A stretch of 64,000 bases of DNA from Macrostomum lignano (lineage: Eukaryota): NCBI GenBank assembly GCA_002269645.1, contig NIVC01003953.1, positions 1 through 64,000 of the forward strand. The letters are read 5' to 3'. Shown here piece by piece: positions 50,942 to 64,000 of this stretch. Position numbers and translations under genes: made by a program. Each line of letters opens with the position of its first letter. The first letter of the stretch is position 1. The notes under the pieces are model-generated. The model did no database searches and was not told the DNA's origin. It was given only the letters and a program-made list of their open reading frames with translations.

Positions 50942-53911
50942 TCAGGCCAGAAAGTCAATCTGAATGTCCTCCTCCTCCTCCTCCTCCTCCTCTGACGGCC
51001 CCGCGGTGCCCGAAGCTCCCGGCCCCGCCTCCGACCCGCCGCCGCTTGCCGCGGTGTACTTCTCGTGCACAGACTGGATCTTGGCGTATTCGAAATCCGC
51101 CCCGACTGCGCACGACAACAGGGCGGCGATGCTGCGCTCCTCGGCGTCGCCGAAGACGTAGCCATTGGCTTGGTCGACGCTGCGCAGCAGCCGCAGCACC
51201 GACTCGCGGTCCTGAATGTCTAGCAGGCTGAAGCTCACCAGAGAGTGGCTCTCAACTAGTTCGGCCAGTGCGCTCGTGAATCTGAGGGTTGGCAATGCAC
51301 ACATCCTGTGGCTGAGGGGATGGTACTGGCACACATCCTGTGGCTGAGGGGATGGTACTGTCACATCCTGTGGCTGAGGGGATGGTACTGGCACATCCTA
51401 TGGCTGAGGAGATGGCACTGGCACATCCTATGGCTGAGGGGATGGCACTGGCACATCCTATGGCTGAAGGGATGGCATTGGCACACATCCTATGGCTGAG
51501 GGGATGGCACTGGCACACATCCTGTGGCTGAGGGGATGGTACTGTCACATCCTGTGGCTGAGGGGATGGTACTGTCACATCCTGTGGCTGAGGGGATGGT
51601 ACTGTCACATCCTGTGGCTGAGGGGATGGTACTGTCACACATCCTTTGGCTGAGGGGATGGTACTGGCACACATCCTGTGGCTGAGGGGATGGTACTGTC
51701 ACATCCTGTGGCTGAGGAGATGGCACTGGCACATCCTATGGCTGAAGGGATGGCATTGGCACACATCCTATGGCTGAGGGGATGGCACTGGCACACATCC
51801 TGCGGCTGAGGGGGTGGTACTGGCACACATCCTGTGGCTGAGGGGATGGTACTGTCACACATCCTTTGGCTGAGGGGATGGTACTGGCACACATCCTGTG
51901 GCTGAGGGGATGGTACTGTCACATCCTGTGGCTGAGGGGATGGTACTGTCACACATCCTTTGGCTGAGGGGATGGTACTGGCACACATCCTGTGGCTGAG
52001 GGGATGGTACTGTCACATCCTGTGGCTGAGGAGATGGCACTGGCACATCCTATGGCTGAAGGGATGGCATTGGCACACATCCTATGGCTGAGGGGATGGC
52101 ACTGGCACACATCCTGTGGCTGAGGGGGTGGTACTGGCACATCCTGTGGCTGAGGGGATGGTACTGTCACACATCCTTTGGCTGAGGGGATGGTACTGGC
52201 ACACATCCTGTGGCTGAGGGGATGGTACTGTCACATCCTGTGGCTGAGGGGATGGTACTGTCACACATCCTTTGGCTGAGGGGATGGTACTGGCACACAT
52301 CCTGTGGCTGAGGGGATGGTACTGTCACATCCTGTGGCTGAGGGGATGGTACTGTCACACATCCTTTGGCTGAGGGGATGGTACTGGCACACATCCTGTG
52401 GCTGAGGGGGTGGTACTGGCACATCCTGTGGCTGATGGGTGGTAATTCATATTAATTAAACAATTAGAAGTCATAACTAACTTGTGATACTTCTGCAGCA
52501 CTGGATCGCCTTCCAGACTCTGCACCAGGTAGGACAGGTCGAGCACATCCGTGAAATAGTCTATGTGAAATGGCAGCTGGCCATACTGCTCAATAAGATC
52601 GGCTTTAGACAGCACGTTAACATGAGGCAGCTGCAGGTTGAGCATAGCGCTCAGGCTGGTGAGCAGTACGGCAACGAATTTACCAGCATCAGTGCAGTAA
52701 TGCGAATCAACCAGGTGCACGCAGGCCAGTCTGTAGTCGCACTTGTTGGTCAGGTGATCCAGCAGCTGCTGCACTGACTGGTCGTTGGTGTACAGTTCTA
52801 CCTGGCCTGCGAAGGCGACAATTAGATAAATTATAATAACTCGACTAGAAAAATAGCGGTAATTCCCTTTTCAGTCTATTGCCTTGAGAGTCCGAGTTCG
52901 TAACTTTTAAAGCTCAGGATTCATGACCTTAGGGGCTAGGATTTTTAACAATATATTGACGAAGGCTTGTTTAAACGAAAAGACAGGGTTTTGTAACCTT
53001 CGAGGCGATGGTTGGTGACCTGAGACGAGGTTCTTGAATTGTAACCTTAGAGCTGAGGGTATGTGACCTTAGTCGGGAGGTTCATGACCTTAGAGTTGAG
53101 GGTGCGTGACCTTAGTCGAGAGGTTCGTGACCTTAGAGTTGAGGGTACGTGACCTTAGTCGAGAGGTTCGTGACCTTAGAGTTGAGGGTACGTGACCTTA
53201 GTCGAGAGGTTCGTGACCTTAGAGTTGAGGGTACGTGACCTTAGTCGAGAGGTTCGTGACCTTTGAGTTGGGGGTACGTGACCTTAGTAGAGGTTCGTGA
53301 CCTTAGAGTTGAGGGTACGTGACCTTAGTAGAGAGGTTCGTGACCTTAGAGTTGGGGGTACGTGATCTTAGTAGAGGTTCGTGACCTTAGAGTTGAGGGT
53401 ACGTGACCTTAGACGAGACGTCACGAGAGGTTCGTGACCCTAGAGTTGAAGGTACTTGACCTTAGAGTTGAGGGTACGTGACCTTAGTAGAGGTTCGTGA
53501 CCTTAGTGGAGAGGTTCATGATCTAGTAGAGCACAAGAGTTCATGACCTGGCGATATTTATGGCAATATTTTAATGATAAAAACTGAGCAATAACCTGGC
53601 ATGTCGAACAAGAAATAGGCATTGGAAAACTGTTTGAGCCGGCCAACCAGCCAATCAGCATTCTTCAACAGGAAGTCCATGCAGAACAGCAGGCCGCCAT
53701 TCGGGCCGAGGTCCAGCCTCTCCATGGCCTCATCTAGCCTGACCAGCTCAGTGAGATCAATATCTGGCTTGTATGGCAGCTGGTCATTGGCCGGGTCCAG
53801 GTTAACCAGCACAACTTGACGCTTCAAGTGACGCTGGAGCAGTTCGGCCATGCCAGCACAATAGGTTGACTTGCCAGAGCCTGGCGGGCCAATTACAACT
53901 TGACCAAACAT
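50942..53911 (-). CDS. GPN2: GPN-loop GTPase 2; exons 53911-53596, 52806-52482, 51281-50942
   Basis: [37 protein letters not shown]|[30 protein letters not shown], acidic tail; splice phases 1 and 2 are consistent. Confidence 0.96.
51282..52440. repeat. 30/32-bp minisatellite CACATCCTGTGGCTGAGGGGATGGTACTGT filling GPN2 intron 2
   Basis: About 37 copies with higher-order blocks; the last copy ends at the splice acceptor. Confidence 0.95.
53040..53530. repeat. Alternating 22-mer GTGACCTTAGAGTTGAGGGTAC and 21-mer GTGACCTTAGTCGAGAGGTTC (43-bp dimer) in GPN2 intron 1
   Basis: About 22 monomers. Confidence 0.9.
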
Positions 53912-54446
53912 GGCGCCGATGTCTATTTCTAGCTGAGATGCTTCTGTTTCGATTGCTGAATAGTCAGTTTAAGAAAGGAAATTCCCAGGTTGAAAAATAA
54001 TAGACCTTTAAAGACTGGGTCAAAGAATATACCACAGTGACCTTTGCAAACTTTCTTTACCATATGCAGTAATAAGTTCTAGAAATTTCAAAGTTAAAAG
54101 TTCTGTGCTTTTTCAGAAACTTCTATTCTACTTTGTTATAATGTGTAGAGCATTCTAGAAACTTCTAGCAAGCTCATTTATAAGGTATAAATAAGCAGTA
54201 CATAATACCTATCTTGACTTTTCTCTCTCAAATGAGACTCAACTCAATAATAAAGAAAACTAAAACCATTGCCTTGCTCTATCATTCTTTTTAGTTGAGT
54301 GCTACAAATACTAGGAATATACTCAAGCTATATAATATATAATAATTATTTTACCCTACACACGCCTAATTCTACTCTTTGATACTATTTCAAAATGTCA
54401 ATTTTTAGCCTTTTATATAAATCTACTATATTCCTTATTGATATCT

Positions 54447-55238
54447 GGCTCATTCTATATATTGTAAGATGGACATTTTTGGAAAATAGAAAAAAGTCAA
54501 TATTTTTGCTTGCCATTGCCTTATCAGCCAATTTTTTTACCAAATGTTTTTTATGTGTAATATCTACAATCTAAGAATAAATGAATGATAAAATGTTAGA
54601 TTAGTATGCTATCAAGTGGCAAAAAGTCATTTTTGTAAAAATTTAGACATTTTTCTAAGCAAAAGACATCATTAAGTTTGTGTACCTTTTAAAAACAAAT
54701 AGAAAGCTTTGGAAGGTTGAAACAAACTATAGATAAAAGTATAGTACTTGCATCATCAGATAAAAACATTGGTGACCAAATAATCTATTATATTTTTAAT
54801 ATATTGGTACCTCAAAGTTACTGAATTGACAGAAAAAAATATGTTACGACCATAATGTTACGACCATAAGGCTGCCTTTTCTTTTGTATCTTTGTTGCCT
54901 TTTTGAGTTTATATATTCTACAAAAAGAGTATGATTACTAAAGATGTTCTTAGTCAAATTTTTAAAAATGTATTGCAAAATATCAAAAATAAAAATGTTA
55001 TAAGACTTTTACCTTTTAGTTTCTATATGTCAAAAATCCTGTTGTTACGACCATAAGTGCCATTCAAGGTTTAATAGCATCTATACTAATGATGATATCT
55101 ACATGAAACTCTATAAAAATATTTTTGACAAAATTATCTTTCATTTAAAATATTGGTTTAGTATATTCTATTATTATATTTCATTTTATAAGTAAAAATA
55201 GCCTGTCATGTTACGACCATGCTTATATGGAATGAGCC
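54447..55238. mobile_element. Non-autonomous TIR element with 4-bp TSD (ATCT)
   Basis: TIR GGCTCATTC(T/C)ATATA at both ends (1 mismatch in 15), ATCT at 54443-54446 and 55239-55242, internal GTTACGACCAT repeated four times. Confidence 0.65.
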
Positions 55239-56099
55239 ATCTAATATTTTGTGTCTATTTCATTTTGCTTATATTAGGCTTATGCCTAGAAAGGAATAGT
55301 ATAATAAAATATTGGCATAGTATAATAAAACCTAGTCCATGAAAGTAGTGTATTTTACTTGTATATTGACATAAATACATTTAATATCTTTTGAAGGTAC
55401 CTGTACATTGAATTGCTAAATAACAAATTTCTGATTCAAATTGCATTCCAATTTGGGGATTTTGTGTGGGTTCATTAATATCCACCAAACTAACATATTT
55501 TTTATGTTATAAATTTATTACTTATGTTTTCAAAAGCAAATGGAACTACAAGCCTTTCTGTGTAAATACAAGTCATTTCTTTAAACCTTAATTGGATTAG
55601 AAGAAAAAATGTTGATTTGTTGCATTTTTTCTAAACTTGGGCAATAATCTTTATAGAATATATTATGTTGTATTTTTTCTTAGCAAACAACGAAGAATAT
55701 TATACAATATATAAAGCATCATGTGCCTGGCGTGTGGGACCGAAGAAGAAATGGTCAAACATGTGAGCAGTCAGTGCCTGGCCACGGAGATCAGGCGAAG
55801 GCTGGATGGGCCCACGGAGCTGCACCACCTCAACGAGCATCCAGAGGAGGCACTCTGGTACTGGGCCTGGTACCGTACCAAGTGAAAAGAAAACGATGCA
55901 AACTAGGATGTTCGCGCCTTGAGCGCAAACAACAACAACAACAACAACATATAAAGCATCACATAATATAAAAATACACTTTCTACTACTGATAATAATG
56001 CATAAAGAAGAAGGAAAATCGATGGTTTAATTTGTAACTGTAGCAAAATGGCTATCCTTATATATGTATGGGTGTACAAGTATATTGTCAATATACTTT

Positions 56100-58500
56100 C
56101 TTCACTGTTAAATTATCTCTTGCAGACAATCCTACAGCTTTTGGAAAGCAATTTTCTGCAACTAGTTGGAAACTGGCGCAGCTCAATGAGTATGTGGGGT
56201 AATGCCTGCCACCTGTTGTGTATTGCAAACATTGAAAAAATAGGCACAGGTTTCATCTGAAATACTTAAAAGAATGTAAAAAGAAAGAGACTGCTTTGCT
56301 ATCTGAGTCTGCCTTAGCTGATGGAGACTCTTTGCCATCTGAGTTGCCTTAGCTCATGAAGACTCTTTGCTGTCTGATTCCACCTCAGCTAATGAAGACT
56401 CTGCCATCTGAGTCCACCTCAGCTCATGGAGACTATTTGCCATCTGAGTCCGCCTCAGCTCATGAAGACTATTTGCCATCTGAGTCCACCTTAGCTCATG
56501 AAGACTATTTGCCATCTGAGTTGCCTCAGCTCATGGAGACTATTTGCCATCTGAGTCCACCTCAGCTGATGGAGACTCTGTGCCATCTGAGTCTGCCTCA
56601 GCTGATGGAGACTCTTGACCATCTGAGTCTGCCTCAGCTCAAGGAGACTCTTTGCCATCTGATTCTGCCTTAGCTGATGGAGACTCTTTGCCATCTGAGT
56701 CTAAGTCGTTACTGTTGGAAGTAGAGACAGCTGGTGCAGCACACTTATCAACAGAGAAGTCCACGTCAGCCACATCAGATTCTGCTGCTGATCCAAGGAT
56801 AGCCGGTTGCACTGATATGCATCATTGTTTTGCTATTCAGATAAATGGCCAGTTTTGACAGCAAGTCATTCAGCAGTGCTCAGATGAAAAACAACTGGAT
56901 GAAGAAACAGCAACTATATGGCGCTCTAGCATGCTAAGCCACCTTGAGAGCCACACTTGCTGTGTAGTTGTATTTTAAAAAAGGACAGTTTTTGTGCTAG
57001 GTGGCAGATCAGAGATATTGCTAAAACAGGAGCTGATCTGTAGGCACAAAACATGTGCAAATAATTTTGTAATTGTTATTCTGAAGTCTGCTCTAAACAA
57101 TCAGGTTAGTGGAATCGCGCACATCTATTCTAAAGGAATTGAGCAACATGAAAAATGAATTTAAGGAGAAGCTCTTCCAAAGAAATAAATGTGGCTGTCA
57201 AAAAGCTTGTCACTAATGCCTGCAATAACTGTCCTCTTCCCTTGGCAGAAAACATGTTTTATAAAAAGTTTGATTCTGCTGATGCAGACAAACTTGAGCA
57301 CAAAAACTTTAATCAAGTAGGTAGTATTCCTTGGTTCAAGAACATTTGTCGATTAGCCACCAATAATGACAAAACCAGCCAGGACCTACTAGTTCAGCTT
57401 GATGACCAACAATCAAAATTTTGCCGTGTTACACCAAATGCAACCATCAAAGGTTATTTGCAGTCAATTACCATGAGACCATTTCAGCTGCATTTATTCC
57501 CAGAAGAGCAGCTGCAGCTGTAGCCTGCAGCTACTTCTATTTAAAAATCAAAGTCACATGCTGCATTTGGATATGACAGGAAATGTAATAAAGAAACTCA
57601 AGTTTATGCGCCAAAAAGTATTTCTTTATTCAGTGATGATATTGTAGAAAGCGCCATTGGGACTCTCCCTTAAAATATTGGCAATGCTCTTCTTGACTAC
57701 CACAATGTCGATTGTATTGTGGCCTTCCTCTTTTCCTTTGCTCAATAATTGAGTTGACTGCATTCTAGAAAAATGGACCTATTGGAATGGTTGTAACAGA
57801 CTTTTTGTGGGCTCTTTTGCACAGTGTCTGCATAGTTTTTAGCCAAAAGACACTTTAAAAAGTTATTCTACAACACTTCAAGTTTTTTTAGCAGCTACAA
57901 AAGGGTAAAACGATTGGAATGAAAGTGACTCCATTTGTCTGCACCAATCTTTTTATTGCTACAATTTGTCAAACCTTAAAAAAAACCACCATTCAGCCAA
58001 ATTTTGCCACAAAAAAAGAGATTTTTTATTTATGGCATTGTACTCCTAATTTATTCCAAGGACTACAACATGTTTGTTTCAAATGCGTTGCTCATTTTGA
58101 GGGTTTTTGGATTGCCAACTGCAGTTTGTCATTCAGTTCTCACTCTATGTCAACGAGTTTTGTCTTGGAAGACCAATTTGCCAGATGCTAACTGAGAACT
58201 GGAATGCACTGAGAACTGGAATGCACTGAACAGTCCCAACCTGCTGCTTCAACGACGCACAAGGATAATGACCATTTTTCTATACTACAAAGAACATTGC
58301 CATTTTATAATAAATTCTTGGTGATGTTAGAAAAATTTGACAAAGATGAAACCATTGTCACTAAAGAATACTTTTGCTATGACATTGTTGAGCTCATGGT
58401 AGAGAAATGGCCGCCTCTTGCACCATTGTGAAGACATTTTGTTGTAAAGGCCTTGCGAGACTTGAAGCTAGTTAAGTCCTGGTATTTGAATGTGATAGCC
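56100..58500 (+). pseudogene. Decayed MULE/NOF-FB-like transposase with an internal 36-bp (12-aa) repeat at 56300-56700
   Basis: Fragmented frames contain LHLDMTGNVIKK (~57560), VVTDFLWALLHSV (~57790) and CVAHF (~58085), resembling DDE and C-x2-H motifs; multiple stops and frameshifts. Boundaries approximate. Confidence 0.55.
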
Positions 58501-60473
58501 AAGAATCACTTTCAACATTTTATTTATTGAAATTTTGTCTATTGATATATTGCCTGCTAAATAGACAAAGTAGTTCTCATTTTTAAACTGTCAATTAGAA
58601 AGTAGGTTAGCAATTAGGATGAGGAGTGGGATAGACTACCCTATATGTAAATATTAAATATTGTGTATTATTCATAATTTGGTAATATTTCAGTCTTAAT
58701 AATGTTTGTTTTGTAGGTTCTTAGTTTAGCTTATAGGGATTATTCTTATTGTTTTTTATATATAAGTATATATTATAAAATAGTTTATTAAAATGATAGA
58801 AGACTTGCATTGCAATGTTTTACTAATAATAGAGATTATTAAGTAGCTCTCTACATTATTATCTATCTTTATCCCTATTTCTCAAGAGAAAAAAGTTTTA
58901 AAAAAACTTTGACTATTTAGCAAACAAACTAATAATAGCTAAATATATTAGAAACCATTCTACTTGTCTATTTTTATAATAAACTTATAAGTATTATAAA
59001 GACTTATTGTGCTAGAAAACTTTTAATTAACTATTTGCAATAAATGTTTTAAAATAAAATTACAGTTTAACATTTTATACTAGAATAAAAGTGGATATCA
59101 AGTAGATAGATAAGGGTCCATAGAACAGAGTAATAAATATATTTAATCAAGACAATTCTATTCTTTATATTTACTCTTTCTTTCTCTCTCTCTCTTCTCT
59201 GACCCATCCCACTGGTCCTTCCTTTTCATCCATCTACAGTCTGGCTTGCCAACAAGATTGCTAAAAACTTTGATAAACTACAAAATAAACCAGGCTCCCA
59301 CATACTGCCTGCATTTATATGGCAACATAATTTACAAAGCCTCCTAGCTCCCAATAAGTTTAAGTCTCGGTCAGGAAACCATTGAAACATTTTAACCAAT
59401 GTGCTCATTTTACCCTATTGAAGTACAATATTTATTCACTTTGTCATTTAATTTATATAAACTACTTATTGTACCCACAAATATAGATTTTTATGCTCTT
59501 ACCTCCAATACCAACATTTTATCTAATTGTATAGTGCTTCAAAAAAAAACAATTTTTATATACACTGTTGATTGAAATGAATGGTGGAAAGCCTCTAGGA
59601 CAAGTTAGAGCTAGACAAAACAGGGTTTTAAATGTACGTCCCTCATATTTACAACTTACAACTACTCATCAGTTTTATCAAACTAAAAAAATTATTACTT
59701 AAAAGACAAACTTGCATTGTATTACATACAGATTTTTGGCCTAATGAAGAGCCCAGAGGCTTGAAACCAGTAGCCTACTTTCAATTAAATAATTTAACAC
59801 GCTGTGACCTCTCTTTTCTTTCTTTCTCTTAGAAGACCTTTATTGGCTTCAAGTTTATATTCTTTAAGTTTATGTTAATAATATTTCCAATTCTCCATTT
59901 TTGAAAACTTTCATTAGACACTTAGGGGATGCCCAAAATGATTAAAAAAAGCAAAAAGCTGCAAAAAAACTACCTTCAATGGTAATGCAACCTTGATTTG
60001 TTAATCTTCCTATGGTGTCAATGAGAATTCAATAAAATTATTTTGATGAATATTGTATTTAAAAATAATCATTTTTTAGAAACAAAAAGACTAAGTTAAC
60101 ATGTTTTATAAATGTAAAATTAAGAATTAAGAAATTACTAGTTAAAATTATTTTTTTTAATTATAATATACAATAAATAAAATGACTTTATTAGTAATTA
60201 CCTTTAATATTGACTTTTGTTAAAATATAAAAAATGCCACATCAGATTTTTCTCCTTTTAAAATTTGCCACATCCACAATGCACTGCATTGCTCATCTCT
60301 TGAATTCTGATTTGTTGCTACCTTTGCCATTTGTTTGCATAGGCCTAGGCCTCAAAGCTTATTTTAACTGCTTAAGAATATAGGCTATTAAATAGCTAAA
60401 AGCAAACTGAATTAAACTAAAATTTATAATTTTATAAATAGTTTAGGGGGCCTATAGGCCAGCCTAAGAAAAT

Positions 60474-60587
60474 TCGGCTATCTTCTCGAATCGTTCGTTT
60501 AATTCTAACCCCCACCCCCACCACCCTTGAATAGAGGGCGAAATAATTCTGGAAATAATTAAACGAACGATTCGAGAAGATTGCCGA
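60474..60587. repeat. Short foldback element with 31-bp inverted repeats
   Basis: TCGGCTATCTTCTCGAATCGTTCGTTTAATT (60474-60504) pairs with 60557-60587 with 1 mismatch; partial third copy at ~60644. Confidence 0.8.
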
Positions 60588-63500
60588 CTAGGGGCCTAAG
60601 TAAATTTGTTTTAAAAGCATAGACCTAGGTCTAAATGAATTTTCGGCAATCTTCTCGTTTTTATGTTCGAAGCAAAAACATAAAAAATGTGGTAAAAATA
60701 ATTTAAAGTATACCAACAATATACTTTAGTCTAATATTGCCCTGTGCCTCTGGCATTAAGCCTCGAAATTTCAGTAAAAAGTAGTCTAAATGAGTCAACT
60801 GACTAAGAACTAACGACTAATGATGTTGTCATGTCATGTCTAGGTACGAGAAAACTGCGTTAGTTTTTTTTCAAAAACGTTCACTTTCAATGCAAATGAC
60901 CACGTAAACTAGATAACATCACTCACTTATAACAGTCCCTACATATTTTTGTTAGCTAATTTGTTCGTTTATTACTAAATATTTCTTTTTCACAAATAGA
61001 TTTAGCTACAATTTGTTATATCGGTATGCTTTTGCAGAACAGATTTACAGACTTACATCATTTAGAGAGGAGATGCCCGACAGTTTACACAGTTTACAGA
61101 GTCCATTAGATCAACAGTCTACTGTGGACTCGTACAATCTATATCAGACCCAAATCCGGAATCCCATCCAATCAGACTACTATTTTGCATAAACCCCTTC
61201 AGAAAAAATAGAAAGTAAACTTATGGAATAAGAATAATATATGTATGCGAACTAAGTCAAATGAAGACAGAGAACAATTATAAAGGCAGGCAGAACACTG
61301 TTTATATGCAACATTACACGTTCGGTTATTTGCAAATCAAGTACGTGACCGAAAGCTGCTAGGCAAGTTGAAGTTTTGCAAGCCTTGATGCAACGATGAT
61401 TAAATTTCCACCGTTGGAATCGGTGGAATTCCATTTCGAGTGGAAATCATCGGATTTCCTGTAACAGCCCGATAATGAGTCGGGCTGTTAATAACATGCA
61501 GATTAATCATTTAATCCGATGATTAAAAACTCACAGCATTCAACAACACAGCCCGACTCATTTTAAGAATGGATAACAGTGGTTGCATGGTAGCGATCAT
61601 GACAAAGTATGGACAGCGCGATAAGAAACATGTGCGCATCAAGCACCATCTGTATATAGTGGTCCTTCGTGCGCATGCAAGCGTACATGTAGCTCTGCTG
61701 TAAACAGAAGACGGAAGAAATCAATTTTAACTTTAAAGTTTCCAAGCTAATTAATTAAGTAACACGAGCAATTAGACTTAAAAGCTTATACGATGTATAG
61801 CTGTGGACTCGATCATCGATCTGCATCCACCGCATTCACCGCAGAGTATGGTATGCTTTGTTTTGGTTGTGATTTACTGTTATTTGACCACGACCTCGAT
61901 TGATGGCGCCAATCACAATCTCAGCACAAGAGTGCAGCACGCGACGACGGCGATGTCTAGAGGAAAAGAGCGCGTGTGATGGTACATGTATCGCACAGCT
62001 TCCGATCTATAATTAGGAGAAATTCTAAACATAACAAAAAGAAAGTAGAGAAAGAATTATCGAATTACCGAAATGTCTCGATGAATATTGTGATAGAGCT
62101 ATAAGAAAGGAAAGTCATATCAAAATATGAACACTTCATGGGTCTGCCTGCTATCAAAATAAAAAACAAGCCATTCTTCGTAATGTATTTTTCGTTAGCT
62201 CGTCAACCTGTCTCCTAAGTATTTTCCATGAAAGGGAGTTTTCGTCCTACTTGAGTAGTCCTTGAAGAGTAGTATATAAATGTACGCACTTGCGAGCTTG
62301 AGGCTGTATAATACAACAACAAACTATTACAGCAATATTTATCCCAGAGAATCAGTCTTAATATATGGGCAAGATATGCCCCTGAAGCCACCCCCGCCAC
62401 ACTCACTCACAGCACTGCGACGACAGTCCCCAATTTGCATCAATTATCCTCGCTGACTTGGTGTGATTGGCGTGCCAAATTATTGCTGCCAAGCAACTTT
62501 TTTACGCTGCAGAATTGCCGTCAGAGTTTGCGCCACCAACTATAACTGGTCAGAATGTCTTAGCTTCTTAATCATGCAGATCGGGACCCGAATCGATTCA
62601 GCAGCAGAATATTCGCAAGCAAGCAGACGTGATGACGCTGCTACTAATCATATAGCTAGCTAAACATGGCAATAAGTCCGCTGTCTGCATCATTTTGAAA
62701 GCATTCTTTCTCTACTTTTTGCTTTGTTCAGAATTTCTCCTACATTTACGAGCACAGACAGATCGGAGTGGTACAATGCGAAGGAGACACAAAAAATACA
62801 TCACAAAAGTACTACACAGCTGGAGAGCCAAAAATACATGTATATAGGATTGGCTCCGGGAACCAGTCGTCACACTTTTATTCAATGAGGCAACATGCAT
62901 TCCTTTGTGCATTCCTTGAGCATGGGTCAAGTTTAGCGTGTATTGAGCAAGACGAAATCTTGCAGTACATCTCAATGTAGCAAATAACATTGCTACAATT
63001 TTAATAAGTAAATTTTAAGTGCATACGTACCTCTAGAGTCCGGCCCAGACGGTAATTGATTGTTACTTCTTGACCTGTCGTACTTTTGATAAATTATGCT
63101 ACACTCATTTACTCTTAACCGGTGCCTGTCTAGCAAAGGTCGCGCGAATTTACATTACATGCCATAATTTACAATGCATGAGCGGCCTGCACTGCAATCG
63201 TTGATGGATAATTTGTTGCGAGCTTCGAAGATGGCAGATGCGCGTGCGTGTGTGTGTGTGTCGGTTTGTTTATAATATTCCTGATGGCGTGTGCACCAAT
63301 TGCTTGCGAGCACTCTCGAGATCACAATTTTACAACTATCGAGACCGATATAGCTTATAAACTGTTAAATGACTACCAAGTGGCATAACTGCAGTGCTGC
63401 ATCCGATGGGTTATTGCATAAAGATGCCACTACAATATGCACTCTTGTCTGTCAGTTGGCTGCACAGACTGTCAAGTGCCGTCACCGTGAATCAGCAGTT

Positions 63501-64000
63501 GCCTCAATTATTCTAATTGATTATTTGCAATCGCACAAGAGTCTAGAGGGTCAGAAGCACAGTTCGTGTTGGAAAAATCCTACTGTATTCTAAATCAGAT
63601 TAGGAGTGCTTGAGCAGTTTATCCACAGCTCTGGAGCTGTTTTTTCCGGCATATGATGTGTGAGGGATGTTTCTTTCGATTGCCCAATCACATTGATGTA
63701 CTCAATGGGAGGTTATCAAGTATTTGTCACTGGTTGCTTTCGACAGCTGGCAAAAAACGCGGAGAAAGCCATAATGATAATACTAGCTATCAAGGAATGA
63801 TAAATATATTAATCCAGTATCTATTCTTTGCCAACTTGCAGAAATGTCAGATCTGTGATAAACAGTGCGCATGAAGATTGAACAGCACGAGTGGTGAGCA
63901 TAAAAATTTAGCATCAGCATTAAATTTAAGGAAAGAGCAGTTGACTCTCATCCGATCTCACTCAGCTCGTAAGACGTGATAACTCTGGCGGCAGTGAATC

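Overview
Eukaryotic (metazoan) genomic DNA with GC-rich spliced exons, short introns (~75-100 bp) and many long introns filled by mini/microsatellites. The style suggests a free-living flatworm such as Macrostomum, but this is inference only. Genes in order: RidA/UK114 (minus, runs off the left edge); an inversin/ANKRD55-like ankyrin-repeat gene (2.75-10.2 kb, three reading-frame inconsistencies); a tyrosine-motif-rich adaptor tail (minus); cytoplasmic actin with three CArG boxes; ribosomal S6 kinase; a secreted PAN/C-type lectin; an EF-hand rhomboid protease (minus); BOK (minus); a small orphan gene (minus); a two-pore K+ channel; GPN2 (minus). Mobile DNA: a 5'-truncated LOA-clade LINE with an intact 1272-aa ORF2 inserted into a minisatellite (13-bp TSD, TAATG stop-start overlap), Tc1/mariner and hAT non-autonomous elements, a TIR element with a 4-bp TSD, two tRNA-derived SINEs (one CORE-type), a decayed NOF/MULE-like transposase, and possible Helitron and Gypsy remnants. 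About 21 tandem arrays are present. The most unusual signals are: intronic arrays that are amplified copies of the splice junction itself; a 22-mer array of a near-perfect CTCF motif; the repeat-inserted, translationally coupled LINE; and a GAWTC core shared by otherwise unrelated arrays. All exon boundaries were read by eye and have not been checked against transcripts.
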